Of a stretch of 61,729 bases of DNA, positions 20,585 through 29,938 are shown one piece after another. The position numbers were made by a program, and so were the translations under genes. Origin of the DNA: an uncultured Algimonas sp. (GTDB lineage: Bacteria; Pseudomonadota; Alphaproteobacteria; Caulobacterales; Maricaulaceae); NCBI GenBank assembly GCA_964610115.1, contig CAZSUW010000004.1, positions 1 through 61,729 of the forward strand, in the 5' to 3' direction. The notes under the pieces are model-generated. The model saw only the letters and a list, made by a program, of their open reading frames with translations. It did no database searches and was not told the origin of the DNA. Every line of letters begins with the position of its first letter. The first letter of the stretch is position 1.

Positions 20585-20613
20585 CTTGAACAGCAGGCTG
20601 TGGCACGCCAAAT
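20585..20613 (+). promoter_or_regulatory. Possible RpoH (sigma32) promoter giving a near-leaderless nfu transcript
   Basis: CTTGAA-N17-CCAAAT, ending 7 nt before ATG 20621. Confidence 0.4.
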
Positions 20614-20620
20614 GGCGGAC

Positions 20621-21199
20621 ATGTTTATTCAAACCGAAGATACGCCGAATCCGGCCACTTTAAAATTTTTGCCTGGGCGCGATGTTGCGGGCGAAGGGGC
20701 AACGCCGATCGAATTTACGCGGGGTAGCGACGTGTCCAGCGCGCCGCTGGCGGAAATGCTGTTTATGATCCCGGATGTGACGCGGCTCATGTTTGGCTCT
20801 GATTTTATCAGTGTGACCAAATCCGAAGACAGTCAGTGGAAGCATTTGCGACCCGCTGTGCTTGGCGCGATCATGGATTTCTTCGTCGCGGGCGGTGTGC
20901 CGCTGGCCGAACAAATCGCGCGTGAGGAACCTGAAGAGCGCGTCTATGAAGGCGAAACGGCGGAGATTGTCGAACAGATCAAAGAGCTGATCGAACTGCG
21001 CGTGCGCCCCGCCGTGGCGCAAGACGGCGGTGATATTGTCTTCCGCCATTTTGAAGAGGATGACGGAACGGTCTTTCTGGAAATGCGCGGTGCCTGCGCC
21101 GGCTGCCCGTCCAGCACGATGACGCTGAAGCACGGGATTGAAAACCTGCTGAAACATTATGTGCCCGAAGTGACGCGGGTGGAGCAGGCCGTCGCCTAG
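20621..21199 (+). CDS. NifU/Nfu-family Fe-S carrier
   Basis: MFIQTEDTPNPATLKFLPG, VRPAVAQDGGDI and GACAGCPSS. Confidence 0.95.
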   Translation: MFIQTEDTPNPATLKFLPGRDVAGEGATPIEFTRGSDVSSAPLAEMLFMIPDVTRLMFGSDFISVTKSEDSQWKHLRPAVLGAIMDFFVAGGVPLAEQIAREEPEERVYEGETAEIVEQIKELIELRVRPAVAQDGGDIVFRHFEEDDGTVFLEMRGACAGCPSSTMTLKHGIENLLKHYVPEVTRVEQAVA

Positions 21200-21223
21200 C
21201 GGTTGCCGTTTTGGTTCAGCGCT

Positions 21224-21853
21224 ATGATCGTTCTCGCACTAGATACAACGGGCTCGCTTTGCTCGGCGGCGGTGGTGCAAGGCGATACGGTTTTAGCCTC
21301 TATCAGTGAAAAGATCGGGCGCGGCCATGCCGAACGCCTCGCGCCGATGGTGCAAGAGGTGATGGCTGAAGCGAAAGTCAGCGCTGATCAGATTGACCGC
21401 CTGGCCGTCTGCACCGGACCGGGCAGTTTTACGGGTCTGCGTGTCGCGCTCTCTTATGCCAAAGGATTTGCCCTGCCGCGCAATATTCCGGTTGTGGGAC
21501 TTGATGCGCTCGCGGCGACATATCTTGCGAGTGATCAACATCCCCAATGCGCGGTCGTTTGGACGGACGTAAAACGCGGACAGGTGATGTTCGGTGAGTA
21601 TTGGGGTCCCGGTCCGCTGGTGAAAGGTTTTCCCAAGACGGGGACGATGGAGGCGGCGAAAAAGCTGGCGGATTTGATGCAGTACGATTTGATAGAAGCG
21701 GGACCTGTTGATGTCGGGATTATAGGGGTGGCTGCGGCTAAACTGCCAGAGGGCCATCTCGCCTCTTATCCCGCGATCCCGCTTTATGCCCGTGCGCCGG
21801 ATGCCAAGTTGCCGGGGGGTATCGACCCAGTCCAAGAGCGCAGCTCTGCATGA
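21224..21853 (+). CDS. tsaB: tRNA threonylcarbamoyladenosine biosynthesis protein TsaB
   Basis: MIVLALDT, GHAERL and GPGSFTGLRV. Confidence 0.92.
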   Translation: MIVLALDTTGSLCSAAVVQGDTVLASISEKIGRGHAERLAPMVQEVMAEAKVSADQIDRLAVCTGPGSFTGLRVALSYAKGFALPRNIPVVGLDALAATYLASDQHPQCAVVWTDVKRGQVMFGEYWGPGPLVKGFPKTGTMEAAKKLADLMQYDLIEAGPVDVGIIGVAAAKLPEGHLASYPAIPLYARAPDAKLPGGIDPVQERSSA

Positions 21854-22290
21854 CGGTCCGCCGTATCGGGGCGTCCGACGCCGCAGCCATGGCCTCGCTT
21901 CACGCGCAGTGCTTTGATCGGCCCTGGTCAGCGCTTGACATGGCGGTTCACGCAGGGCGCGATCTCTGTTTGGGGATCAAAGAACCACTGGCGAGCTTCG
22001 CCATTTTGCGGCTCTCAGATGTCGATGCAGAAGTCCTGACCATCGCGACCGGTCCGGCCCAACGCGGAAACGGTCTGGCGGGCCTTGTTCTGGTTAAGGC
22101 GGAAGAGAGCTGCCGTACGAAAGGCTTACGGGACATTTTTTTGGAAGTGGCGGAGGACAATGCACCGGCCCGCGCGCTCTATAAGCGGCTGGGCTATGAA
22201 CCGATTGGGCGACGCCCTGCGTATTATAAACGATCGCGCGGTCGTATTGCGGCAATAACTTATCGCCGGATACTCATCGATCAGTCCTAG
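21850..22290 (+). CDS. rimI: RimI-like GNAT acetyltransferase
   Basis: AEVLTIA, FLEVAEDNAPARALY and GRRPAYY; coupled to tsaB. Confidence 0.85.
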   Translation: MTVRRIGASDAAAMASLHAQCFDRPWSALDMAVHAGRDLCLGIKEPLASFAILRLSDVDAEVLTIATGPAQRGNGLAGLVLVKAEESCRTKGLRDIFLEVAEDNAPARALYKRLGYEPIGRRPAYYKRSRGRIAAITYRRILIDQS

Positions 22291-22322
22291 ACGAATCCGC
22301 TCTTTGGAGTTACCAAAGCGCC

Positions 22323-22739
22323 ATGTCAGATACGGTAAGTTGGCTTGAGAAGAAATGCGTCGAGCGCGGATTGCGCCTGACGGAGCAGCGTCGCACGATT
22401 GCGCGTGTCTTATCGGATGCCGATGATCACCCCGACGCCGAAGAGCTTTATGCGCGCGCGTCAGCCGTCGATCCGAAAATTAGTCTGGCGACCGTCTACA
22501 GGACCGTGCGCTTGTTTGCAGATGCAGGCATTATCGAAACGCATGATTTCCGCGATGGCCGCGCGCGATATGAGGCCGCCGACTCAGAGCACCATGATCA
22601 TCTGATCGATGTACAGACGGGCGATGTGATCGAATTTGTCGACGAAGAGATCGAAGCCCTACAACACCGCATCGCCGAGAAGCTCGGCTATGAGCTTGTC
22701 GATCACCGGCTAGAACTTTACGGGAAAAAGAAGGCTTAG
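22323..22739 (+). CDS. fur: Fur-family transcriptional regulator
   Basis: GLRLTEQRR, DHPDAEELY, SLATVYRT and HHDHLID. Confidence 0.94.
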   Translation: MSDTVSWLEKKCVERGLRLTEQRRTIARVLSDADDHPDAEELYARASAVDPKISLATVYRTVRLFADAGIIETHDFRDGRARYEAADSEHHDHLIDVQTGDVIEFVDEEIEALQHRIAEKLGYELVDHRLELYGKKKA

Positions 22740-22744
22740 GACAC

Positions 22745-23575
22745 ATGTTCGGGCGCGCGCTCGTCGACAAACATGTCGTCGCGTGGCAATTCGAACACTT
22801 CGCTTATCTGATCGATATGCTCTCAGCCCTACCGGGTTTGGCTGACAGTGAACTTTGGTTGCCGATCCCGGAACATTTCCCAGAAGCCCCCGATAAGTCC
22901 CAACTTCCCGGCCACCTTTTTGCTTGTGTTATGCATCAAATGGGATTTCCGGACGACACACCTTTTGAGTTGATCGGCGAGTCACCGGATCGGCCAGAAT
23001 CTCTTGGCGGTGTAGCCATGGTACAACCCGCCGAACCTGCGCCGGCTGGAACTTACCAAGCTGTCGGGGATGAAACCGAAAAACAGACGGCTCGGGAAAT
23101 CATTCGCTTTGACCTGTCATTGGGTCCCGGCGATTTGGTCACGACCTTTGCCCATGAATTATCCCACGCCGCGCAACAACGTGTCATTCAATGGCCAGAT
23201 ATAGATATGGAGCTTTACGAGCTCTTCACCGATCTTACAGCAGTCTATTTCGGCTATGGCGTGTTTCTTGCGAATTCCCGATTTTCATTTTCTGGTTATA
23301 GTGACGGGACAACGCAAGGTTGGCAGGCGCGAGGCGCAGGGTATTTGCCAGAAGCTGACCTGATTTTCGCAACGGTGCTGTTCATGGCCATTCGTGATTT
23401 ACCGGCCTCGGCCGCTCTCCCATATCTCAAGCCACGATTACATAAGTCGTTAAAGCGTGCTTTTCGTCAGTTAGAGCGTTACCAAGACGATGTTGAAGCT
23501 TTGAGAGACCGCGTTCCTCCCACCAATAGCGGTCGTGTCGCTCACTCCGCCGCGAGCAATTCCGCCTCGCCATAG
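22745..23575 (+). CDS. Hypothetical protein with an HExxH (zincin-like) motif
   Basis: FAHELSH followed by ELFTDLTAVYFGYG. Confidence 0.7.
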   Translation: MFGRALVDKHVVAWQFEHFAYLIDMLSALPGLADSELWLPIPEHFPEAPDKSQLPGHLFACVMHQMGFPDDTPFELIGESPDRPESLGGVAMVQPAEPAPAGTYQAVGDETEKQTAREIIRFDLSLGPGDLVTTFAHELSHAAQQRVIQWPDIDMELYELFTDLTAVYFGYGVFLANSRFSFSGYSDGTTQGWQARGAGYLPEADLIFATVLFMAIRDLPASAALPYLKPRLHKSLKRAFRQLERYQDDVEALRDRVPPTNSGRVAHSAASNSASP

Positions 23576-24342
23576 GTCGCTGCATCCTGGATCATGGCAG
23601 CGTGTGGGGCGAAATGCAGGATTTCCCATGTGCCGTCATAATGTTCGGCAAGGGCGGTGCAGCTTTCGACCCAATCGCCTGTATTGCGGTAGAGAATGCC
23701 GTCGATCTCTCGCATTTCGGCAACGTGGATATGGCCGCATATCGCACCGTCAAAGCCTTTGCGTTGGCAATATCCTGCCACGTGCTCTTCAAAGGAATGG
23801 ATGAAGTTCATGGCGCGTTTCGTTCGGCTTTTTAGGACTTTTGAAAGCGACCAATAATCCATGCCGAGCCAGCGCCGGACGGTATTCAGCTTGGTATTGG
23901 CCCAAAGGAGTAGGTTGTAAGCACTATCGCCCAAATGCATGATCCATTTCCGGTCGGCACGCATCAGACCGTCAAACATATCGCCATGTACGACGAGGTA
24001 GCGCTTGCCATCGGCGCCTTGGTGTGTTGCCCGATTGCGGACTTTAATGTCGCCAAAAGCGAGACGGAATTTCAGAAAGCCTCGTAAAAATTCGTCGTGG
24101 TTTCCGATGATGTAGGTCACCTCTGTCCCACGTTTCGCGGCGGTCAAAATGCGGCGCACGACATTGGTATGGCTTTGCGGCCAGTGCCATTTCTTGCGTA
24201 AGCGCCAGCCATCAATAATATCACCGACAAGGTAAAGCTCGTCCGATGTATGCGTCTTCATAAACGCGCAAATCGCGTCCGCCTGACAGCCTTTAGAGCC
24301 CAGGTGCAGATCAGAGATAAAAAGTGTCCGGTAGTGCGCCAT
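23542..24342 (-). CDS. LpxH-like metallophosphoesterase, probably PlcP-type phospholipase C
   Basis: SDLHLG, VGDIIDGW, WPQSH, GNHD, HGD, CGHIH and NTGDWVES; Pho-box repeats upstream. Confidence 0.8.
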   Translation of the reverse strand: MAHYRTLFISDLHLGSKGCQADAICAFMKTHTSDELYLVGDIIDGWRLRKKWHWPQSHTNVVRRILTAAKRGTEVTYIIGNHDEFLRGFLKFRLAFGDIKVRNRATHQGADGKRYLVVHGDMFDGLMRADRKWIMHLGDSAYNLLLWANTKLNTVRRWLGMDYWSLSKVLKSRTKRAMNFIHSFEEHVAGYCQRKGFDGAICGHIHVAEMREIDGILYRNTGDWVESCTALAEHYDGTWEILHFAPHAAMIQDAATYGEAELLAAE

Positions 24343-24378
24343 AATTGCGCGCCGCTAGTCCGCTTTGGTGTCGGGGGC

Positions 24379-24407
24379 GTGACGGCTGCATGACGTCTCT
24401 ATGACGG
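24379..24407 (-). promoter_or_regulatory. Triple Pho-box-like direct repeat
   Basis: CCGTCAT-N4-ACGTCAT-N4-CCGTCAC with an exact 11-bp period; the PhoB consensus is CTGTCAT-N4-CTGTCAT. Confidence 0.7.
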
Positions 24408-24434
24408 TTGCGCCCAGCCGTCAGGATATAGGGC

Positions 24435-24803
24435 TCAGCCCATGCTGATAATGTCACTCGCAAGCCATGCAATAACGGCCATCATCGCCACGCCCAGATA
24501 AAGCCAAGACGCGTTTAATGCTTCGACAATTCCGTCCAAATTGACGGCGCTCAGTGCAGTCTCGGGCAGAGCTATCGGCCCGATTAATGCATTCCAGATC
24601 AAAGCTGCCGCCCCGCCAAGACACAGAGAGATGATGGGTCCAGCCCAGCGTGAGCTGCGCGCAATATCCGTTTCAAAAGCAGGCAGAGGGCTGGCGGGGG
24701 CCTGTGCTTTTAGTTCTGCCATAACATCATCAGAAAACCCATCATCCGGGATGGGGGCCATATAGGCGGATAGCTGCGCTGAAATATCGTTATTCATACT
24801 CAT
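24435..24803 (-). CDS. Putative membrane anti-sigma factor
   Basis: Overlaps the ECF sigma stop; IPDDGFSDDVM motif followed by two transmembrane segments. Confidence 0.7.
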   Translation of the reverse strand: MSMNNDISAQLSAYMAPIPDDGFSDDVMAELKAQAPASPLPAFETDIARSSRWAGPIISLCLGGAAALIWNALIGPIALPETALSAVNLDGIVEALNASWLYLGVAMMAVIAWLASDIISMG

Positions 24804-25266
24804 GAAGGCGATCCTTTAACACAGATTTGGCGCGGGCGATATGGGACTTGACGGTGCCAAGCGGCAAACCGGTTATGTCGACAATATCGTTATGACTATG
24901 GCCTAGAGCGAGCGACAACATGGCGCAGGCGCGACGTTCAGGAGGCAGGCTGTCCATCGCCTTTGCAATATCCAGCGCCAGACCCGGACGCGGTTTTACG
25001 GATAGGATGTCGGGTTCGGGCTCCAAAGCCGCGCGCCTAACATGGCGGCGATGATCATCCAGAAAGCGGCGATAGGCGATCCGGTAAAGCCATGAGCGTA
25101 CGGACCGAACCTCTGACAAGTGCTCTTTCGTTTCAAAAGCGCGAAGAAACGTCTCTTGCGCGAGTTCGTCTGCGCGGCCTGTTTCTCCTGTCAATCGGCG
25201 CAGGAAAGCCCGGACCGCGCCCTGATGGGCGCGGACAATGTCGTCAAATTTATCGATCTGATTCAG
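24790..25266 (-). CDS. ECF sigma-70 family sigma factor (probable CTG start)
   Basis: ADELAQETFLRAF, SWLYRIAYR and GLPLGTVKSHIARA. The frame extends to CTG 25266, with AGGA 8 nt upstream. Confidence 0.88.
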   Translation of the reverse strand: MNQIDKFDDIVRAHQGAVRAFLRRLTGETGRADELAQETFLRAFETKEHLSEVRSVRSWLYRIAYRRFLDDHRRHVRRAALEPEPDILSVKPRPGLALDIAKAMDSLPPERRACAMLSLALGHSHNDIVDITGLPLGTVKSHIARAKSVLKDRLHEYE

Positions 25267-25287
25267 GCGACGGGTCCTATGCAGGCT

Positions 25288-25653
25288 TTAGGCGTCCGGC
25301 TTCCGGGTGATGAAGCCCCAAAGGCCGATGAAAACCAGTCCGATCAAAATCGGAAAGGTTGAAAACGCCGCAAAGGCTGCTTGGCCATCTTTATCCGGGA
25401 TGGCGCCTCCGCTCAACAACAGCGCTAAGCCGATGGCCAGCAGGACGAGACCTGTGCGCAGATCAGAATGTTTGGGGCGCTGCTGAATCCCTAAGGTTTT
25501 GATGATCTCTGGCGTCACCTCTTGGCCTTTATCGGTCATGGCCGTTAACAGCTTCACACTCTCTTTCTGGCGCTTAAAGCGATAAGCTGTCACCGCCCAA
25601 ACAGTGGTGGGTATAGCAGCGAAAAACCCTAAGGGTATAAGAATGCTTTCCAT
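25288..25653 (-). CDS. DUF6249-like membrane protein, first gene of the ECF operon
   Basis: AAGGAG RBS; N-terminal transmembrane segment, DLRTGLVLLAIG and two further transmembrane segments. Confidence 0.75.
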   Translation of the reverse strand: MESILIPLGFFAAIPTTVWAVTAYRFKRQKESVKLLTAMTDKGQEVTPEIIKTLGIQQRPKHSDLRTGLVLLAIGLALLLSGGAIPDKDGQAAFAAFSTFPILIGLVFIGLWGFITRKPDA

Positions 25654-25689
25654 GGCAAATGTCTCCTTTCGAAATGCCTATACTCTTAA

Positions 25690-25717
25690 GACGTCACGAG
25701 AGGCGGCTATGGATGCA
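25690..25717 (-). promoter_or_regulatory. ECF-type promoter, probably autoregulatory
   Basis: TGCATCC-N17-CGTC upstream of the DUF6249-sigma-anti-sigma operon. Confidence 0.55.
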
Positions 25718-25852
25718 GTCAGCGACATTTTTTTGAGATATTTTTAAGAGGGGCGGAATTTTATAAAATTGACGCCCATTCCCGTCCGCCTCTTAAGGCC
25801 TATTCGAAAAGGATCGCCCCAAAACGCCAGACAGAAGCCATTGCAAGGAAAA

Positions 25853-25939
25853 TGGTGCCCAGAAGAGGACTCGAACCTCCACGTCCATACGGACACCAGC
25901 ACCTGAAGCTGGCGCGTCTACCAATTCCGCCATCTGGGC
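25853..25939 (-). tRNA. tRNA-Leu (CAG)
   Basis: GCCCAGATGGCGGAATTGGTAGACG...CCAGC TT CAG GT GCTGG, long variable arm, GGTTCGAGTCC and 3' ACCA. Confidence 0.97.
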
Positions 25940-26026
25940 ACGTCATTGGCAAGGCGCGCCAGATAGAAAACCGCGGGCCTCGCGTCAACGGCTTTGTCAC
26001 GCCGCTCTACAGTGATAGGAGGGGCT

Positions 26027-26749
26027 ATGGACAACTATTTCCCTACCCCGCCCCGGATGAAAACGATTGGCATTTTGGGTGGAATGAGCACAGCCTCGAC
26101 ATTGCAATATTATGAAACGCTATGCCGCCTCACGAGTGAGCGGTTTGGCGGGCTGACGTCGCCGCGGCTTTTGATCCGATCTGTTGATTTCGGGCAGGTG
26201 GCGATGTTGCAAAATGAAGGGGCGTGGGGAGCGCTGGGCGATCGGCTGGCTGAGCGGGCGGTCGAGTTGGAGCGCGGTGGAGCAGAGCTGATCGTGCTGG
26301 CGACCAATACAATGCATAAAGTCGTGCCGCGCATGATGCGCAATGTGACGATCCCCTTGGTTCATATTGCGGATGCGACGGCCGCGCGGTTGAAAAAGGC
26401 GGGCTTTGCCCATCCTGGGTTTTTGGGTACGGCTTTTACGATGGAAGATCGCTTTTACCTGGACCGGCTTCGCGGCGATGGGTTGCAGCCGGTTGTGCCA
26501 GATGCGGAAGGCCGCGCGGAGGTTCACCGCATCATTTATGAAGAGCTTTGCGCCCATCAGATCGAAGACGTAAGCCGCGTGCGGCTTGTCGCGATCGCCA
26601 AGCAGTTGAAACAGATGGGCGCGGACTCGCTGATTTTAGGCTGCACAGAGCTGAGCTTGTTGCTTGATGCGGATAATAGCCCGCTGCCCGTTTTTGATAC
26701 GACGGCGATCCATTGCGAAGCGGCGTTAGAGGCGGCCCTCGCCGAGTAA
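26027..26749 (+). CDS. Aspartate/glutamate racemase family protein (start 26027 or 26057)
   Basis: MKTIGILGGMS, ATNTMH and ILGCTEL. Confidence 0.9.
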   Translation: MDNYFPTPPRMKTIGILGGMSTASTLQYYETLCRLTSERFGGLTSPRLLIRSVDFGQVAMLQNEGAWGALGDRLAERAVELERGGAELIVLATNTMHKVVPRMMRNVTIPLVHIADATAARLKKAGFAHPGFLGTAFTMEDRFYLDRLRGDGLQPVVPDAEGRAEVHRIIYEELCAHQIEDVSRVRLVAIAKQLKQMGADSLILGCTELSLLLDADNSPLPVFDTTAIHCEAALEAALAE

Positions 26750-27442
26750 TTGGTCAACCCATTCTGGTACCAATGTGCCGGCCCGTCCGTGGCGCGCTTC
26801 ATCGAACAGGTAAGAGCCCTGCGAGGGTTCTAAATTAAGTTCAAGCGTTGGAATGTTAAGGCTGCGCGCGCCTTGGACAAAGCCGGCGGCGGGGTAGACG
26901 GCTCCGCTCGTCCCAATGGATACAAAGCGTGTGGCCTGGGTAAGCTCGGCTTCGATGCGGTCCATATGATAGGGCATCTCGCCGAACCAGACGATGTCCG
27001 GGCGGGACGTGCCGATTGTCCCGCAGGCTGGACAGGGGCTTTCGGGGGAGAGGTCGCCGTCCTCCGTCCAGTGGTGATCGCAGGCTTTACAGAAGGCGCG
27101 CCTAAGTTCGCCATGCATATGGATGACAGCTTTCGCGCCACCGCGTTCGTGCAGATCGTCAACATTTTGTGTGATGATAACGGCCTTGCCGCCCCGTTCC
27201 GCAAGCGCCGTTTGTAGTCTTGCCAGTGCAATATGAGCCGGGTTGGGTTCTACCGTTTTGAGCGCGGCGCGACGGGCATTGTAAAAACGCTGAACAAGGG
27301 CGGGATTGCGCGTAAAGGCTTCGGGCGTGGCGACGTCTTCAATGCGGTGTTCTTCCCACAAACCACCATTGTCGCGGAATGTTGCGACGCCTGACTCTGC
27401 GCTAATGCCAGCCCCGGTTAGGATGAAAATACGGTGGCTCAT
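26726..27442 (-). CDS. cobB: NAD-dependent protein deacylase (sirtuin)
   Basis: GAGISAESG, TQNVDDLHE, HMHGEL, RPDIVWFGE and GTSGAVYPAAG. Confidence 0.95.
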   Translation of the reverse strand: MSHRIFILTGAGISAESGVATFRDNGGLWEEHRIEDVATPEAFTRNPALVQRFYNARRAALKTVEPNPAHIALARLQTALAERGGKAVIITQNVDDLHERGGAKAVIHMHGELRRAFCKACDHHWTEDGDLSPESPCPACGTIGTSRPDIVWFGEMPYHMDRIEAELTQATRFVSIGTSGAVYPAAGFVQGARSLNIPTLELNLEPSQGSYLFDEARHGRAGTLVPEWVDQLLGEGRL

Positions 27443-28146
27443 TGTGGCGTTGCGTCAGGTTTGGGAACGGTTTCGGAACTATCAGGAAGCGTGCCCCGCG
27501 CTCCGGATCGTCCGCGGGCCAGTGCAAGAAGATATTTCCCATACTCGCCGAGCAGGCGCCGGAATCGAGCAAAGTCCTGCCACCATTGTGTACGTTCTGT
27601 GGCCATGACGGCCACAGGTGTAATGCGAAGGCTGGGCCCTGCATGGCCGATTTCAACGCGCGCGCGGGGCATGTGGTAAGCGCTGGTGACAAGAATGATA
27701 TGGTCATAGCCCAATGCACTGGCCCACGCGGCGGTTTCCCGTGCATTGCCGCGCGTGTCTTCCGCCGCATAGTCAATATCCAAGCAGCAGGAGGAGAGGT
27801 CTTCAGATAAGTCCGACAGATCCGCAACCTGATCCGCGTCCAGACTACGATTGACGCCAGAGACTAGAAGTCGTTCGCCGCGCCCGTCTCGCAGCATACG
27901 TCCCGCCATTTCTAGGCGGCCGCCGCCTTTTCCCGTCCAAACAACGATACCGTCTGCACGGGGCAAATCGGTTGGTTCCTGCAAACTGTCCACATGATGG
28001 GCAAAAACAAAGAAACCGCCGGTCAGGCCACCGATTAAAAGGAGGAGGAGAAAAAGCAGAAGTCGCCGTCGCCCTCCGCCCCGTTTTGGATTTCGCGCGC
28101 GATCAGTTTTGCGCATTTCTTTTTTCCAGGCGCGGACGGGCCTCAT
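27439..28146 (-). CDS. YdcF/DUF218 family protein
   Basis: N-terminal transmembrane segment, ADGIVVWTG, DTRGNA and LVTSAYHMPRA; coupled to ftsX. Confidence 0.88.
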   Translation of the reverse strand: MRPVRAWKKEMRKTDRARNPKRGGGRRRLLLFLLLLLIGGLTGGFFVFAHHVDSLQEPTDLPRADGIVVWTGKGGGRLEMAGRMLRDGRGERLLVSGVNRSLDADQVADLSDLSEDLSSCCLDIDYAAEDTRGNARETAAWASALGYDHIILVTSAYHMPRARVEIGHAGPSLRITPVAVMATERTQWWQDFARFRRLLGEYGKYLLALARGRSGARGTLPDSSETVPKPDATPQ

Positions 28147-29063
28147 GCGCGACGTCTTTCATCGGCAAGCTGACGTCGGGCGGCCCATCCAGCAGCTAGC
28201 GCACAGATTAAGGCGAAGGCTATGATAAGGGCGGCCAACCAAAGAATATCTGAAACCACATTGCCCAAACTAGACCAGCCCAGTGTGTTCCGGCCCGGGC
28301 CAAAACTGACATAGAGCCAGAGGACCAATGCCCCGACCGTGCCAATCAAGCCGCCAATGGCGCCCTGCCTTGCAGCGCGGCCGACGAAAAGCCGCGCGAT
28401 AAAATGATCCGAAGCTCCGGCTTGGACGAGCACATGAATAATATCCCGTTGCGCCGCCAGGCCAGACCGGGTGGCGAAGATACTGACGGCGATGGCGGCA
28501 ATGAACGTCAAAAGAACCAATCCAATACCCAGCAGAACAAGGCGTTGAACGGTTTGTTCTAGACGATCTGAAAACCGGCTATGATCGTCAAGACTGACCC
28601 TCAAGCCAGCGTCTTCGAACTGGCGCGTCAGACTCTCTATCGGTAAGCGTGTGTCAGTCCGAATTGTAATGACGCCGGGAACGGGCAAGTCGTCCGGCAA
28701 CCGGGTTGCACCGAGCCAGGGTTGGATAAGGTTCAAACTCTCATCGCGGCTTAATTGGTCTATTTTTGCATCTGGAACGGCTTGCCTTAACAGCGCTTGC
28801 GCGCTGTCCATCTGCGCCTCGCGGAGGGTTTCATTGGGGACGAGAACCTGAACAGTTGAAGTGCGCGAAAGCTGGCTCACCCAATTCGTATCCAAGCGAA
28901 TAGCCCCGCGCGCAAATAAGAGTGACAGGGCGGCGAGCGCGGCCATGACCCCTAAAACGATCAGTAAGGCCCGGCCCTGTTCTGGACGCTTCGGCAATAA
29001 GGGCTGCTCAGGCGGTAGCGTATGGGGTCTGTCCGGGCTCTGTGTGGGTATCGGGTCTGTCAT
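28143..29063 (-). CDS. ftsX: Cell division permease FtsX
   Basis: Four transmembrane segments, PWLG...LPVPGVI and GASDHFIA; overlaps ftsE. Confidence 0.88.
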   Translation of the reverse strand: MTDPIPTQSPDRPHTLPPEQPLLPKRPEQGRALLIVLGVMAALAALSLLFARGAIRLDTNWVSQLSRTSTVQVLVPNETLREAQMDSAQALLRQAVPDAKIDQLSRDESLNLIQPWLGATRLPDDLPVPGVITIRTDTRLPIESLTRQFEDAGLRVSLDDHSRFSDRLEQTVQRLVLLGIGLVLLTFIAAIAVSIFATRSGLAAQRDIIHVLVQAGASDHFIARLFVGRAARQGAIGGLIGTVGALVLWLYVSFGPGRNTLGWSSLGNVVSDILWLAALIIAFALICALAAGWAARRQLADERRRA

Positions 29064-29830
29064 GGCCGACCCCGCGCAACGCTTTCATCATGCGGCATAA
29101 GGCCGGCCCGAAGGTGGCCGTCATCCAAATGCAGAATACGGGCTGGCATTTCGTTGAGAAGCGCATGATCGTGGGTGGCAATTAAGACAGTCGTGCCCAT
29201 GCGGTTCATCTCCGCGAACAGGCGCAGCAGGCGAAGGCCGATATCCGGGTCTACATTCCCTGTTGGTTCGTCTGCAATCAGTAGGTCCGGCTTGGCGATC
29301 ACAGCCCGAGCGATTGCGCAGCGTTGTTTTTCCCCGCCAGAAAGTGTCGGCGGGAACGCATTCATGCGATGGCCAAGGCCCACCCATTGTAAAAGTTCCG
29401 TCACATCGGACACATAGCTTTCCCGCGCGCGCCCGGCGACACGAAGCGGCAAAGATACATTATCAAAGACGGTCAAGTGATCAATTAAGCGGAAGTCCTG
29501 CAAAACAACGCCAATACGCTGCCGTAGACCTTGCAAGGCGCCGGAACCCAACAAAGCCACATCTTCGCCAAAGAGTTGGATCAGGCCGCGGGAAGGTTTG
29601 AGCGCAAGATAGCTGAGTTTCAGTAAAGTCGATTTGCCGGCCCCTGAAGGACCTGTGAGAAAGGTAAAGCTAGCTTCGGGCAGGATCAGGTCCACACCTT
29701 TTAAAACCTCTGGCCCTCGCCCATAGCGCAGAGCGACGCGCTGTAGGGCCAAAGTTGGCACAGCGTCTGTATCTGTTGCAAAGCTAGAGGCGGCCATATT
29801 GGAGGCAGACATAGCACGATGGCTGGACAT
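29060..29830 (-). CDS. ftsE: Cell division ATP-binding protein FtsE
   Basis: GPSGAGKST, QDFRLI, LSGGEKQR and ADEPTGNVD. Confidence 0.93.
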   Translation of the reverse strand: MSSHRAMSASNMAASSFATDTDAVPTLALQRVALRYGRGPEVLKGVDLILPEASFTFLTGPSGAGKSTLLKLSYLALKPSRGLIQLFGEDVALLGSGALQGLRQRIGVVLQDFRLIDHLTVFDNVSLPLRVAGRARESYVSDVTELLQWVGLGHRMNAFPPTLSGGEKQRCAIARAVIAKPDLLIADEPTGNVDPDIGLRLLRLFAEMNRMGTTVLIATHDHALLNEMPARILHLDDGHLRAGLMPHDESVARGRP

Positions 29831-29938
29831 TCAAGGCGCTCTCGTCAAGGTAGAGATGGTATAGAATCGCTTTAGCAGCAGAGTAAGGCGATAAAAGGCA
29901 TGAAAACGTGTCGGATATGATACGGGATTGGGGGTTCT

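Noticed and set aside
25800-26115. ORFs 25800-26000 and 25852-26115; possible island at tRNA-Leu
   Set aside because: The ORFs overlap the tRNA. No duplicated tRNA 3' end or integrase was seen; the same holds for tRNA-Val.
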